Shown here: positions 35,383 through 44,525 of the stretch, piece after piece
How the letters are laid out: the number at the start of each line of letters is the position of its first letter
Numbering within the stretch: the stretch's first letter is position 1
Assembly: GCA_040255215.1 (NCBI GenBank)
Contig: JBDZUM010000005.1
Coordinates: forward strand, 1-60,167
Source of the DNA: Rhodospirillaceae bacterium
GTDB lineage: Bacteria; Pseudomonadota; Alphaproteobacteria; Reyranellales; JAQSWP01
Length of the DNA: 60,167 nt
Direction: 5' to 3'
The notes under the pieces: model-generated
The model's database searches: none
Seen by the model: the letters and a program-made list of their open reading frames with translations, nothing else
Told to the model about the DNA's origin: nothing
Translations under genes and position numbers: made by a program

Positions 35383-36516
35383 ATGATCCTCACCGAAGAA
35401 CAGACGATGATCCGCGACATGGCGCGGCAGTTCGCGCAGGATCGCCTGGCGCCGGCCAATGGTTTCGAGGCCGAGGGCGGCTTTCCGGCGGAGATCGTTG
35501 CGGAAATGGGCCAGCTCGGCCTTCTGGGCATGACGGTGCCCACGGAATGGGGCGGCGCCGGCGTCGACATGGTTTCCTACGTTCTGGCGCTGGAGGAGAT
35601 CGCCGCCGGCTGCGGCGCCATGTCGACCCTCATGAGCGTCAACAATTCGCCGGTGGCGGCCGCGGTCAACGCCTACGGCACGCCGGAACAGAAGAAGAAA
35701 TTCCTCGTGCCGCTGGCCCAGGGCAAGGTCATCGGCGCCTTCTGCCTGACCGAACCGCAGGCCGGCTCGGATGCGTCGGCGCTGAAGACCCGCGCCGTGC
35801 GCGACGGCGATCATTTCGTGCTGAACGGCACCAAGCAGTTCATCACCTCGGGCCGGATTGCCGGCTTCGCGCTGGTCTTCGCCGTCACGAGTCCTGGAGC
35901 ACTTAAGAAGGGCATCTCTTGCTTCATCGTGCCGACCGACACGCCGGGCTACGTCGTCGCTTCGACCGAGCGCAAGCTGGGCCAGCGCGCCTCCGACACC
36001 TGCCAGATCGTCTTCGAGAACTGCCGCGTGCCGGCCGAGTACTTGCTGGGCGGGGAGGGCGAGGGCTATCGCATCGCGCTGGCCAATCTCGAAACCGGCC
36101 GCATCGGCATTGCCGCGCAGTCGATCGGCATGGCGCGCGCGGCATTCGAGGCGGCACGCGCCTATGCCGGCGAGCGTCAGGCCTTCGGCACCGAGATCGT
36201 CAACCACCAGGCCGTGGCGTTCCGGCTGGCCGACATGGCGACCAGGATTTCGGTGGCGCGGCAGATGGCGCTGCATGCCGCCGAGTTGAAGCAGGCGGGA
36301 CGGCCATGCCTGACGGAAGCGGCCATGGCGAAGGTCTTCGCGTCGGAGATGGCCGAGCGGGTTTGCTCCGACGCCATCCAGATCCATGGCGGTTACGGCT
36401 ACGTCGAAGGCTATCCCGTCGAGCGCATCTATCGCGACGTGCGGGTGTGCCAGATCTACGAAGGCACCAGCGACGTTCAGCGGATGATCATCTCCCGGGC
36501 TCTGCCGACGATCTGA
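35383..36516 (+). CDS. acyl-CoA dehydrogenase (short/branched-chain type)
   Basis: 377 aa, [20 protein letters not shown]...[21 protein letters not shown]...[21 protein letters not shown]...[19 protein letters not shown]. Confidence 0.9.
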   Translation: MILTEEQTMIRDMARQFAQDRLAPANGFEAEGGFPAEIVAEMGQLGLLGMTVPTEWGGAGVDMVSYVLALEEIAAGCGAMSTLMSVNNSPVAAAVNAYGTPEQKKKFLVPLAQGKVIGAFCLTEPQAGSDASALKTRAVRDGDHFVLNGTKQFITSGRIAGFALVFAVTSPGALKKGISCFIVPTDTPGYVVASTERKLGQRASDTCQIVFENCRVPAEYLLGGEGEGYRIALANLETGRIGIAAQSIGMARAAFEAARAYAGERQAFGTEIVNHQAVAFRLADMATRISVARQMALHAAELKQAGRPCLTEAAMAKVFASEMAERVCSDAIQIHGGYGYVEGYPVERIYRDVRVCQIYEGTSDVQRMIISRALPTI

Positions 36517-37738
36517 CCGTCTCGGTCGGCGCGAAGACCTCCACCTTCTGCGCGATGCCGCGCATGGCGTGCTGTCCCAGCGATCGACAGCGGGACGCGG
36601 CATGGCGGGCGATTTCCTGCGACATGACCACCGGCTGGGACAGTTCGCGGCATAGCGTCTGCAGCCGGCTGACGGCGTTGACCACGGGCCCGATGACGGT
36701 GAAGTCCAGTCTCCCCGACGCCCCGACATTGCCGTAGATTACCTGTCCGGCATGCAGGGCGATGCCGAAACCCAGCGTCTCTTCCCCTTGGCCGCGGCGT
36801 TCGTCGTTCCAGTCGGCGAAGGATCGGCATAGCTGCGAAGCGGCATCCAGCGCCGAATTGACCGCCATCGTCATCGGCCGGTCGGGCGCGACGGGAAACA
36901 CGGCCATGACCCCGTCGCCCATGAATTTCAGGATCTCGCCGTCCTCGGCCTGGACCGCCTTGCCCACCAGATCGAAATAGGCGTTGAGCAGTCGCAGCAC
37001 GGCATCGGAGTCGAGCCGCTCGCTGAGCGCCGTAAAGCCGCGCAGATCGGCGAACAGGATGGCGGCCTCGATCGTCTCGCCACGGCCCCGCAATATCTGG
37101 CCGGCGAGTACGCGCTTGCCGGCGTCGCGTCCCAGATAGGTGTTGAGCAGCCGTTCGACGCGCATGCGCACGGCAAAGCCTTCCACCACCCGGGCGAGCA
37201 CGAGCCCCAGATCGGAAAGCTCCCTTATGTCGGTTTCCGAGAAGCCTCCGGCGCGATCCGTGGCGAAGGTGATCTGGACCGGCGTGTCGTCGCTGAAGGG
37301 CAGGGGCAGGCCGAAATAGTCGGTGCCGCCCTGCTGCTTGAGTTCGCGCAGCAGCGAATAGTCCAGCGCCTCGGGCGGAACTTCTAGTCTGCGTCGCAGC
37401 GGTTCCCCGCTGCGGGCGATCTCGTGCAAAGGACTGGTCTGGTAGTCGTCGTCGTCCAGCAGGCCGTAGCTGGCGCTCAGGTACTGGGCGCGTCCTTCGC
37501 TGCGTTTCCAGAGAAAGGCGTCGCCGAACACTTCGGGATCGATGGTGGGAATATAGGCGCCCATTCGCCACAGAGGCACGCCGGCCTCCTGCAGCCGGCG
37601 GGCGATCTCCTCGAACAGCAGCCGTCTGTTGGCGTATCGCCAGCCGGAACGCAGCAGCCAGAGTGCTACATCGCTTAGAGTGCCGGGAAGTGTCGAAGTT
37701 TCGTTCGATTCCATCGCTTCTGCCGCTGTCTTGGGCAT
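36488..37738 (-). CDS. class III adenylate/guanylate cyclase with an uncharacterised N-terminal domain
   Basis: ORF 36488..38068, but its 5' end would run into dctP. Start is ATG 37738 (or 37714). The C-terminal catalytic domain has [17 protein letters not shown]...[13 protein letters not shown]...[14 protein letters not shown]. The roughly 200-aa N-terminal region has no TM segments. Confidence 0.85.
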   Translation of the reverse strand: MPKTAAEAMESNETSTLPGTLSDVALWLLRSGWRYANRRLLFEEIARRLQEAGVPLWRMGAYIPTIDPEVFGDAFLWKRSEGRAQYLSASYGLLDDDDYQTSPLHEIARSGEPLRRRLEVPPEALDYSLLRELKQQGGTDYFGLPLPFSDDTPVQITFATDRAGGFSETDIRELSDLGLVLARVVEGFAVRMRVERLLNTYLGRDAGKRVLAGQILRGRGETIEAAILFADLRGFTALSERLDSDAVLRLLNAYFDLVGKAVQAEDGEILKFMGDGVMAVFPVAPDRPMTMAVNSALDAASQLCRSFADWNDERRGQGEETLGFGIALHAGQVIYGNVGASGRLDFTVIGPVVNAVSRLQTLCRELSQPVVMSQEIARHAASRCRSLGQHAMRGIAQKVEVFAPTETVRSSAEPGR

Positions 37739-37836
37739 CGCCGGCCGGATTCGGCTGTGCAAACAAATACTTGTTCGCGTCCCGGGCCGATGCAATAGTT
37801 TGCGCAACGAACGACGCTCAAGCGTCGAAATAAAAG

Positions 37837-37851
37837 TTCCGGAAACCGGAA
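37837..37851. promoter_or_regulatory. perfect 6-3-6 dyad just upstream of the dctP ribosome-binding site
   Basis: TTCCGG-AAA-CCGGAA lies 8 nt before the GAGGGAGG Shine-Dalgarno. The same intergenic region also carries GCAAACAA-ATAC-TTGTTCGC (37759-37778), TTGCGCAA (37800-37807) and CGACGC-TCAA-GCGTCG (37812-37827). Confidence 0.4.
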
Positions 37852-37868
37852 TTCCAGAGGGAGGAACC

Positions 37869-38924
37869 ATGCTGAAGAAATCGATGAAGTTCGTTGCCGG
37901 CGCTGTATCCGCGGCGGCACTGGCGGTTGCGATCGCCGGTCCTGCCCAGGCGCAGGACAAGAAGGTTCGCATCACGATGCAGACCGCCTTCAACCCGAGC
38001 CTGTCGGTCATCGGCGAGGCCAGCAAGCACTTCTCCGACCTCGTGATGGCGATGTCGGGCGGCAGCATCGAGATCCGCTTCTACGAGGCCGGCAAGCTGG
38101 TGCCGACGTTCGAAATGTTCGATGCGGTCAAGGGCGGCACGCTCGATGCGTCCTACGGTTGGCCGGGCTACATCATGGGCAAGATTCCCGCGATGACGCT
38201 GTTCGGCGCCGTGCCGTTCGGCGCCACGACCGAGGAATATCTGGCCTGGGTGCTCGAGGGCAACGGCAACAAGCTGTTCGCCGAGATCTACGCCAAGCAT
38301 GGCATTCACGCCATGATCTGCGGTTTCATCGGACCCGAGGCAGCCGGTTGGTTCGCCAAGGAGATCAAGACGGCCGACGACTTCAAGGGCCTGAAGATCC
38401 GCTATGCCGGCCTGGGCGGCGAGGTTCTGTCCAAGCTGGGCGCTTCGGTCACCGTCGTGCCGGCGGGCGAAATCTTCCCCAACCTCGAGAAAGGCGTGAT
38501 CGACGCCACTGAGTTCTCCATGCCGTCGATCGACAAGAACCTTGGTTTCTACAAGGTCGCCAAGAACTACTACTTCCCCGGCTGGCACCAGCCGGCGTCG
38601 ACCGCCGAGTTCTTCATGAAGAAGGACAAGTGGGACGCGCTGAGCCCGGCCCAGAAGGCGATCTTTGAAGGCGCCTGCAAGGCCAATATGGCGTGGGAAA
38701 TCGCCCGCGGCATCGGCGAGCAGGCGGCGGCCCTGGACTTCTACCGCAAGGAAGGCGTGCAGATCCGCCGTTTCCCCGACGCGGTCATGGCCGTGCTGCA
38801 GAAGACCACCGACGAGGTCATGGCCGAGCAGTCCGCCAAGGACGCCGACTTCAAGCGCGTCTGGGAAGACATGAAGGCCTACATCGCCAAGGCGCGCGAG
38901 TGGGGCAAGCTGGGAACGCCCTGA
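37869..38924 (+). CDS. TRAP transporter substrate-binding protein (DctP family)
   Basis: ATG 37869 within ORF 37629..38924. Signal peptide MLKKSMKFVAGAVSAAALAVAIAGPAQA. Followed by small and large TRAP permease genes. Confidence 0.88.
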   Translation: MLKKSMKFVAGAVSAAALAVAIAGPAQAQDKKVRITMQTAFNPSLSVIGEASKHFSDLVMAMSGGSIEIRFYEAGKLVPTFEMFDAVKGGTLDASYGWPGYIMGKIPAMTLFGAVPFGATTEEYLAWVLEGNGNKLFAEIYAKHGIHAMICGFIGPEAAGWFAKEIKTADDFKGLKIRYAGLGGEVLSKLGASVTVVPAGEIFPNLEKGVIDATEFSMPSIDKNLGFYKVAKNYYFPGWHQPASTAEFFMKKDKWDALSPAQKAIFEGACKANMAWEIARGIGEQAAALDFYRKEGVQIRRFPDAVMAVLQKTTDEVMAEQSAKDADFKRVWEDMKAYIAKAREWGKLGTP

Positions 38925-38956
38925 CGGTCTCGTAAATCCGACGAAAAGCGGCAGGC

Positions 38957-39478
38957 ATGTCGCTTTCCAGGCTGGATCGCTTCGCCCGGGCCATTGACGC
39001 CGTCAATGCCCGGGTGGGCGACTTTTCGAACTGGATCTACCCGATCCTGATGCTGGTCATCGTCGTCAACGTGGTATCGCGTTACGGCTTCAACCGCGGC
39101 TTCATCGAGTTCGAGGAGATCCAGTGGCATCTCTACTCGGTCGGGTTCCTGCTGTGCATGGCATGGACCTACGCCCGTAACGAGCATGTCAGGGTCGACA
39201 TCTTCCATGCCAACCTGACGCCGCGTGGCAAGGCCTGGGTCGAGTTGATCGGCTGCCTCGCGCTGTTGCTGCCGTTCACCATTTCGGTGCTGTGGTTCTC
39301 GGTGCCGTATTTCATCCAGTCGGTCGAGTTCAACGAGCGTTCCGAGATGCCGGGCGGCCTGCCGGCGCGCTACGTCATCAAGGGATTTCTGACGATCGGC
39401 CTGCTGATGCTGACGGCGCAGGGCGTTTCCGTCGCCATCCAGAACGCGCTGTTCCTGCTCGGCTACAGGCGGGATTGA
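38957..39478 (+). CDS. TRAP transporter small permease (DctQ family)
   Basis: 173 aa with 4 TM segments, between the DctP-like and DctM-like genes. Confidence 0.85.
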   Translation: MSLSRLDRFARAIDAVNARVGDFSNWIYPILMLVIVVNVVSRYGFNRGFIEFEEIQWHLYSVGFLLCMAWTYARNEHVRVDIFHANLTPRGKAWVELIGCLALLLPFTISVLWFSVPYFIQSVEFNERSEMPGGLPARYVIKGFLTIGLLMLTAQGVSVAIQNALFLLGYRRD

Positions 39479-39487
39479 GGCGCGCGG

Positions 39488-40864
39488 ATGGATTGGAATC
39501 TCGTTTTCGTCATCTGCATGTTCGCCTTCTTCATCGGCGGGCTGTTCACCGGCTATCCGCTCGCCTTCGTGCTGGGCGGCACGGCCGTCATATTCGCCTT
39601 GCTCGGCTCGCTGGCGGACATGGTCGGCATCTTCGTCGACGTCAATTTCAACTGGATGCGCAACGTCGTCAGCCGGACTTTCGGCAACGTCATGGCCAAT
39701 TACGGCCTCGTGTCGCTGCCGATGTTCGTGTTCATGGGGCATATGCTGGATCGCAGCGGCATCGCGCTCAAGTTGCTGCGGGCGCTGCAGCTGGTGCTGG
39801 CGCGCGTACCGGGCGGCCTGGCGATTTCCGTGACGCTGATCGGCGTCGTGCTGGCCGCTTCGACCGGCATCATCGGCGCTTCGGTCGTGCTGCTCACCAC
39901 GCTGGCGTTGCCGACCATGCTGGAGGAGAAATACCAGAAGGAATTGTCGGTCGGCGTCATCGCCGCTTCCGGCACGCTTGGCATCCTTATCCCGCCCAGC
40001 ATCATGCTGATCGTCATGGGCGATCAGTTGAACCTGTCCGTCGGCGACCTTTTCCTTGGCGCGCTGTCGCCGGGCCTGCTGCTCGGCGTGCTCTATCTGG
40101 TCTACGTCATCGCCACCTCGGCCATGCGACCCGAACTGGCGCCGCCGATGTCCATGGAGCGGCGCGTCGCCATGGTGGAAGGGCAGGGCAATCTCTGGTT
40201 CCTGCTGCTCAAGGCGCTGGTGCCGCCCGTCTTCCTGATCTTCGCCGTTCTTGGATCGATATTTTTCGGCATCGCCTCGCCGACCGAGGCTTCCGGCGTC
40301 GGTGCGATGGGCGCAACCTTGCTGGCGATCGTCTTCCGCAAGCTGGACTACAAGACGCTGAAGGAAGTCCTGACGGCGACCGGCAGCACCACCGCCTTCA
40401 TTTTCGCCGCCTTCATCGGGGCGACGGCCTTCGCGGTCGTGCTGCGCGGCCTGGGCGGCGACGACGTCATTCACGATCTCATCACCGGCCTGCCGTTCGA
40501 TCGCTATGGCATTCTGGTGGTGCTGCTGGCCGTGATCTTCCTGCTCGGGTTCTTCCTCGACTGGGTCGAGATCGTGCTGATCATCCTGCCGCTGATGGCG
40601 CCGGTGATCCCGACGCTGAACTTCGATCCCGTATGGTTCGCCGTCCTGGTCGCGGTCTGCCTGCAGACCTCGTTCCTGACGCCGCCGGTCGGCTTCGCCC
40701 TGTTCTACCTGAAGGCGGTCGCCCCGGCCTCGATCACGACGATGCACATTTATCGGGGTATCGCCATGTTCGTGCTGCTGCAGCTGATCGGCCTGTCGGT
40801 CACTATCCTGTTCCCCGACCTCGTGCTCTGGCTGCCGGCCGAGGCCTACAAGCCCGCACGCTGA
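39488..40864 (+). CDS. TRAP transporter large permease (DctM family)
   Basis: 458 aa polytopic protein; DctM-like segments (MFVFMGHMLDRSGIA, GTLGILIPPSIMLIV, SFLTPPVGFALFYLK). Confidence 0.9.
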   Translation: MDWNLVFVICMFAFFIGGLFTGYPLAFVLGGTAVIFALLGSLADMVGIFVDVNFNWMRNVVSRTFGNVMANYGLVSLPMFVFMGHMLDRSGIALKLLRALQLVLARVPGGLAISVTLIGVVLAASTGIIGASVVLLTTLALPTMLEEKYQKELSVGVIAASGTLGILIPPSIMLIVMGDQLNLSVGDLFLGALSPGLLLGVLYLVYVIATSAMRPELAPPMSMERRVAMVEGQGNLWFLLLKALVPPVFLIFAVLGSIFFGIASPTEASGVGAMGATLLAIVFRKLDYKTLKEVLTATGSTTAFIFAAFIGATAFAVVLRGLGGDDVIHDLITGLPFDRYGILVVLLAVIFLLGFFLDWVEIVLIILPLMAPVIPTLNFDPVWFAVLVAVCLQTSFLTPPVGFALFYLKAVAPASITTMHIYRGIAMFVLLQLIGLSVTILFPDLVLWLPAEAYKPAR

Positions 40865-41049
40865 GAGCCGATCTCCCGTTCAGGCATAACATCAGCGCAT
40901 GGCGTTGCCGGTCGTGGGACGCTGGGCGGATTTCCGGCGTAGATCCCGGTTGAAAGGTTGCGATACGCGGATCGTGCGTCCATAACGGAACCAGACGGGG
41001 AGCGGTTCGCTGCGGGCCCGTCGCGGACACGCCGGGGGCCTGCGATCCG

Positions 41050-41712
41050 ATGTTTGCTGCCAAGAATGCCCATAGTTTCTTTCCGACGATGGTGTGGGCG
41101 TTCGATCTGCCCGCGGGGGAAACGGAGAAGCTCAATCGCACGCTGATGCCGGCGCTTGAGCGCATGCGGGCGGCGATGGCCGCCGGCTCCGGCGGCCGCA
41201 CGCGCCAGTCCGACACCGAACTGCACGATCTGCCGGAATTCGATGGGCTGTGCAGCAAGCTGATCTCGGCCGGCGCGGAGATCATCGATTTCCTGGGGCT
41301 GCAGCGGCATCCGCTGTTCGTCTCCGGCTGCTGGGCGAATTTCGGCGTCGCCAACGCCACCCATCACGAGCACTCGCACCCCAACAACTTCCTGAGCGCG
41401 GTCTACTACGTGCAGGCCGAGCAGGGCGCTAACACCATCAACTTCATCGATCCGCGCGCCCAGGCGCACGTCATCGCCCCGCCGGTGGTGCGGCCGTCGG
41501 TCATGACCGCCAGCCAGGCGCTGGTCGAGGTCAAGCCGGGCCGCCTGGTGCTGTTTCCCGCCTGGCTGCGCCACTCGGTCGATCCCAACACCAGCGGCAG
41601 CGACCGCATCTCGATCGCCGCCAATCTGATGTTCGAGCAGTTCAGCGAAAGGCTGGCCCGCCCGCGCTTTCGCGGCAATCTGGCCGAGAACCGCCGGCGC
41701 GCTTCCCGCTAG
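41050..41712 (+). CDS. TIGR02466-like putative 2OG-Fe(II) oxygenase-fold protein
   Basis: 220 aa; FFPTMVWAFDL..., HHEHSHPNNFLSAVYYV, NFIDPR, LVLFPAWLRHSVDPN, RISIAANL. This matches my recollection of the TIGR02466 family pattern; not verified by search. Confidence 0.6.
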   Translation: MFAAKNAHSFFPTMVWAFDLPAGETEKLNRTLMPALERMRAAMAAGSGGRTRQSDTELHDLPEFDGLCSKLISAGAEIIDFLGLQRHPLFVSGCWANFGVANATHHEHSHPNNFLSAVYYVQAEQGANTINFIDPRAQAHVIAPPVVRPSVMTASQALVEVKPGRLVLFPAWLRHSVDPNTSGSDRISIAANLMFEQFSERLARPRFRGNLAENRRRASR

Positions 41713-42422
41713 TACTGTTGCTGCTTGTCGCCGCCGCCGCCGGGACGCCCGCGCAGCTGGTCGCGCAACTCGTTCTGCCGGTCCTGGCCTGGGGTCTGCG
41801 CCGCCGTGCCGAGATCGACGATCGGCGCCAGCAGCGCCGTCTGCCGCTCCGTCAGCCCGGCGGCGATCGACTGGCCGCCAGTGCCGGGCCGCACCGTCAG
41901 CACCTGGCCCGGCCGCGTCAGCGCCGTTTCCTGGCGCGACAGGGTGGTGAACACGATGCCGCCCTCGAGCAGCCGTATCGTCACCGTGTCGTCGAGATCG
42001 ACGATCAGCTCGAAGATCGTGCCGCGCACGCCGATCGAGCCGGCCGGCGTCTTGATCTCGTAGGCCTGGCTGGGCAGGCTGCCGCTGACGAAGCGGAACA
42101 CGCCGCGCACCGCCGTCATGGTCACCGTGCCGGCGCCGCGGCCGGGATCGTAGACGAAGCGATCGAGCGTGACGCGCGAGTTCGGCCCCACCGTCAGCGT
42201 CGTCTCGTCGAGGAACAGCAGCTGGCCCTTGCCCAGCGCGCCGGTCCGCACGACCTCGTCCTTGTAGACCTTGTCGCCCTGGCCGATGACGCGCTGGCCG
42301 CCGGCGCTGCCTTCCATGCGGTCGACCACGGTGGCGGCGACGCCGATATTGGCGGCCGGCTGCGCCAGCGCGGGCGCGGTCGACAGGGCGAGGAGGAGGG
42401 CGGCGGTCAGCGATCTGGACAT
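41709..42422 (-). CDS. secreted FecR-domain protein, paralogue 1
   Basis: ORF 41709..42434. ATG 42422 follows GGAG. Signal peptide MSRSLTAALLLALSTAPALA/QP. Core GDKVYKDEVVRTGALGKGQLLFLDETTLTVGPNSRVTLDRF...RGVFRFVSG... is FecR-like (PF04773-type). Confidence 0.8.
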   Translation of the reverse strand: MSRSLTAALLLALSTAPALAQPAANIGVAATVVDRMEGSAGGQRVIGQGDKVYKDEVVRTGALGKGQLLFLDETTLTVGPNSRVTLDRFVYDPGRGAGTVTMTAVRGVFRFVSGSLPSQAYEIKTPAGSIGVRGTIFELIVDLDDTVTIRLLEGGIVFTTLSRQETALTRPGQVLTVRPGTGGQSIAAGLTERQTALLAPIVDLGTAAQTPGQDRQNELRDQLRGRPGGGGDKQQQY

Positions 42423-42564
42423 GGCAATCTCCAATCCGGACCCCCAAAGTGGGGTGCGTCCGGCCCGTCGTCCAGAGCGCCCGGGCGCCGGCTGTGAACG
42501 GCTTCACAAACGCAAACGGGCGGCTCCTGCGAGCCGCCCGTCGGAAAGCGTCAGGCCCTTTGGC

Positions 42565-43320
42565 CTAGTATTCGCATTCGTAGCACGGCTCGTAGTCGTC
42601 GTAGCCGGAATAGCCGCCGCCGCTGCGGCCGCGCAGGATGTTGCGCAGCTTGCGCACCCGGTCCTCCTGGAAGAAATCGGGCACGGTGGCCGAGCGCTTG
42701 TCGGGATCGAGGATCGGCGCCAGCAGCGCCTGCTGCCACGGCGCCAGCTTGCCGTTGATTTGCGGCTCGCCGCCCGGCCGGATCACCAGCACCTGGCCCG
42801 GCCGGTTGACGGTGAAGTTGCCGCGCAGGGTCTGGGCCACGAAGCTGCCTTCGCCGTTCTGGAACACCGCCGTGCCGTCGATCAGCAGCAGGATGTTGAT
42901 GATCGTGCCGCGCACGCCGATGGTCGCCGCCGGCGTCTTGATCTCGTAGGCCTGGCTCGGCAGGCTGCCCGAGATGAAGCGGAACACGCCCTTGGTGGCG
43001 TTCAGCGTCACCGACGAGCCGCCCTGCGGGTTGTAGACGAACTGGTCGAGCTTGACCTCCGACTCGGGGCCGATGGTCAGGCTGGTCTCGTCGCGGAACA
43101 GCAGCTGGCCCTTGCTCTCGGCGCCGGTGCGGATCAGCTCGTTCTGGAACACCTTGTCGCCGGTCTTTTTGGCGGCGGTCTGCTGGCCGACCGTGCCCTC
43201 GACGCGGTTGATCACGGTGGCCGCGACGCCGACGTCCGGCGCCGTGGTCTGGGCCGACGGTACGGTCGCGACGGCCGCGATGGCGGCGGCGGCGACGGTG
43301 GCGAGAATGATGGTGCGCAT
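42565..43320 (-). CDS. secreted FecR-domain protein, paralogue 2 (Tyr/Cys/acidic C-terminal tail)
   Basis: ATG 43320 within ORF 42565..44058 overlaps the TAA of the upstream OMP gene (TAATG). Signal peptide MRTIILATVAAAAIAAVATVPSA/Q. FecR-like core. Ends GGGYSGYDDYEPCYECEY. Confidence 0.8.
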   Translation of the reverse strand: MRTIILATVAAAAIAAVATVPSAQTTAPDVGVAATVINRVEGTVGQQTAAKKTGDKVFQNELIRTGAESKGQLLFRDETSLTIGPESEVKLDQFVYNPQGGSSVTLNATKGVFRFISGSLPSQAYEIKTPAATIGVRGTIINILLLIDGTAVFQNGEGSFVAQTLRGNFTVNRPGQVLVIRPGGEPQINGKLAPWQQALLAPILDPDKRSATVPDFFQEDRVRKLRNILRGRSGGGYSGYDDYEPCYECEY

Positions 43321-44525
43321 TAGAAATCCACGAAGAAGTTGAGGCCGACGCGATGGTTGACGTAGTCGCGGCCGTTGAGACCGTTCTCGTTGTCGTAGTT
43401 CGAGAAGTTGCGGTCGTAGATGTAGCCGAGCACGGCGGTGTAGTTGTCGTACATGGCGATCAGGCGCAGCGCCGGCGACACGCGCAAATCCTTGCGGTCG
43501 TTGCTGCGGCCCTGTTCGGCGCCCTTGTAGCGGCGGTACTGCACCGTCACTTCCGGGCTGATGAACACGTTGCCGACGCCGCCGGCGAAGGAGAACAGGC
43601 TGGCGGCGTAGGACAGCGTCGCGCCGCCCTGCCAGAAGGTGAACTCGCTGTCTTTGGCGCCGTTGTAGACCACTTGCGGCCGCAGCTCGATGGCGTCGGT
43701 CTTGGCGATGATGTTGTCCCAGCCCAGCCGCACCGAAAGCCCGGCGACCACCGCGTCGCGTCCGTTGTCCGGCGTGAACGGCCCGTTGCCGCCGCCCGAG
43801 GCGAAATCGGCGTAGGACACCGAGGCGGTGACGCTGCGCAGCGGATCCGAGCCGCGCGTCTCCAGCGTGCCGCCGATGCCGGCCGACCAGAACAGGAAGT
43901 CGTAGTCGGCCAGGCCGCTTTCGGCGGTGACGAAGGGATGGAAGCGCCAGCCGTTGCCGACCAGGAACACCGGACCGGTGCTGGCGCTGCCGTACATGAA
44001 GTCGGCCGAGCTGGTGCGGGCGTGCGCGTCGGCATAGAGCTGCAGCGAGGAGCGCCACAGCGTCGAGCCGAACAGCCGGCGGTCGTCGTCGACGCGGAAG
44101 GTCACGATGCCCGAGAAATCGTCGCGGCCGTTGCCGTCGTTGAGATCGGTGTTGGTCTCGAACTGGCCGCCGAAGCCGAACTGGAAGCGGGTCTGCGCCG
44201 GCTCGAGCAGCGCCTTGATGCGCTCGTATTCGCCGCGCGCCTCGCGGTTGTTGGGTTCGTTGAGCACGATGCGCTCGTAGGCCGACAGCGCCTTGCGCAG
44301 CTCGCCGCGCCTTTCCGCTTCCTTGGCGTAGCGGATGTTGGCGCCCGTGTCGGTCGGATTGACCAGCACCTGGCGGAACAGCTCCTGCAGGTCTGCGGTC
44401 TGCTGCGCCGACGCCGTGCCGGCCGCGATGCCGATTGCCACGGCGAACGCCGCTCCGAAGCCGGCCCGTGCGGCTGCCCGCCTGACAGGCACGCCAGCCC
44501 GCAGCGAATTACTGGACTTGAACAA
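43320..44525 (-). CDS. outer-membrane protein: signal peptide + TPR-like segment + beta-barrel (DUF560/Slam-like architecture, unverified)
   Basis: ORF 43320..44654. The likely start is TTG 44525 (GGGGG upstream) or GTG 44492. Signal peptide RRAAARAGFGAAFAVAIGIAAGTASA/QQ. Helical TPR-like IRYAKEAERRGELRKALSAYERIVLNEPNNREARGEYERI. Beta-rich remainder ending VGLNFFVDF (terminal Phe). Confidence 0.75.
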   Translation of the reverse strand: MFKSSNSLRAGVPVRRAAARAGFGAAFAVAIGIAAGTASAQQTADLQELFRQVLVNPTDTGANIRYAKEAERRGELRKALSAYERIVLNEPNNREARGEYERIKALLEPAQTRFQFGFGGQFETNTDLNDGNGRDDFSGIVTFRVDDDRRLFGSTLWRSSLQLYADAHARTSSADFMYGSASTGPVFLVGNGWRFHPFVTAESGLADYDFLFWSAGIGGTLETRGSDPLRSVTASVSYADFASGGGNGPFTPDNGRDAVVAGLSVRLGWDNIIAKTDAIELRPQVVYNGAKDSEFTFWQGGATLSYAASLFSFAGGVGNVFISPEVTVQYRRYKGAEQGRSNDRKDLRVSPALRLIAMYDNYTAVLGYIYDRNFSNYDNENGLNGRDYVNHRVGLNFFVDF

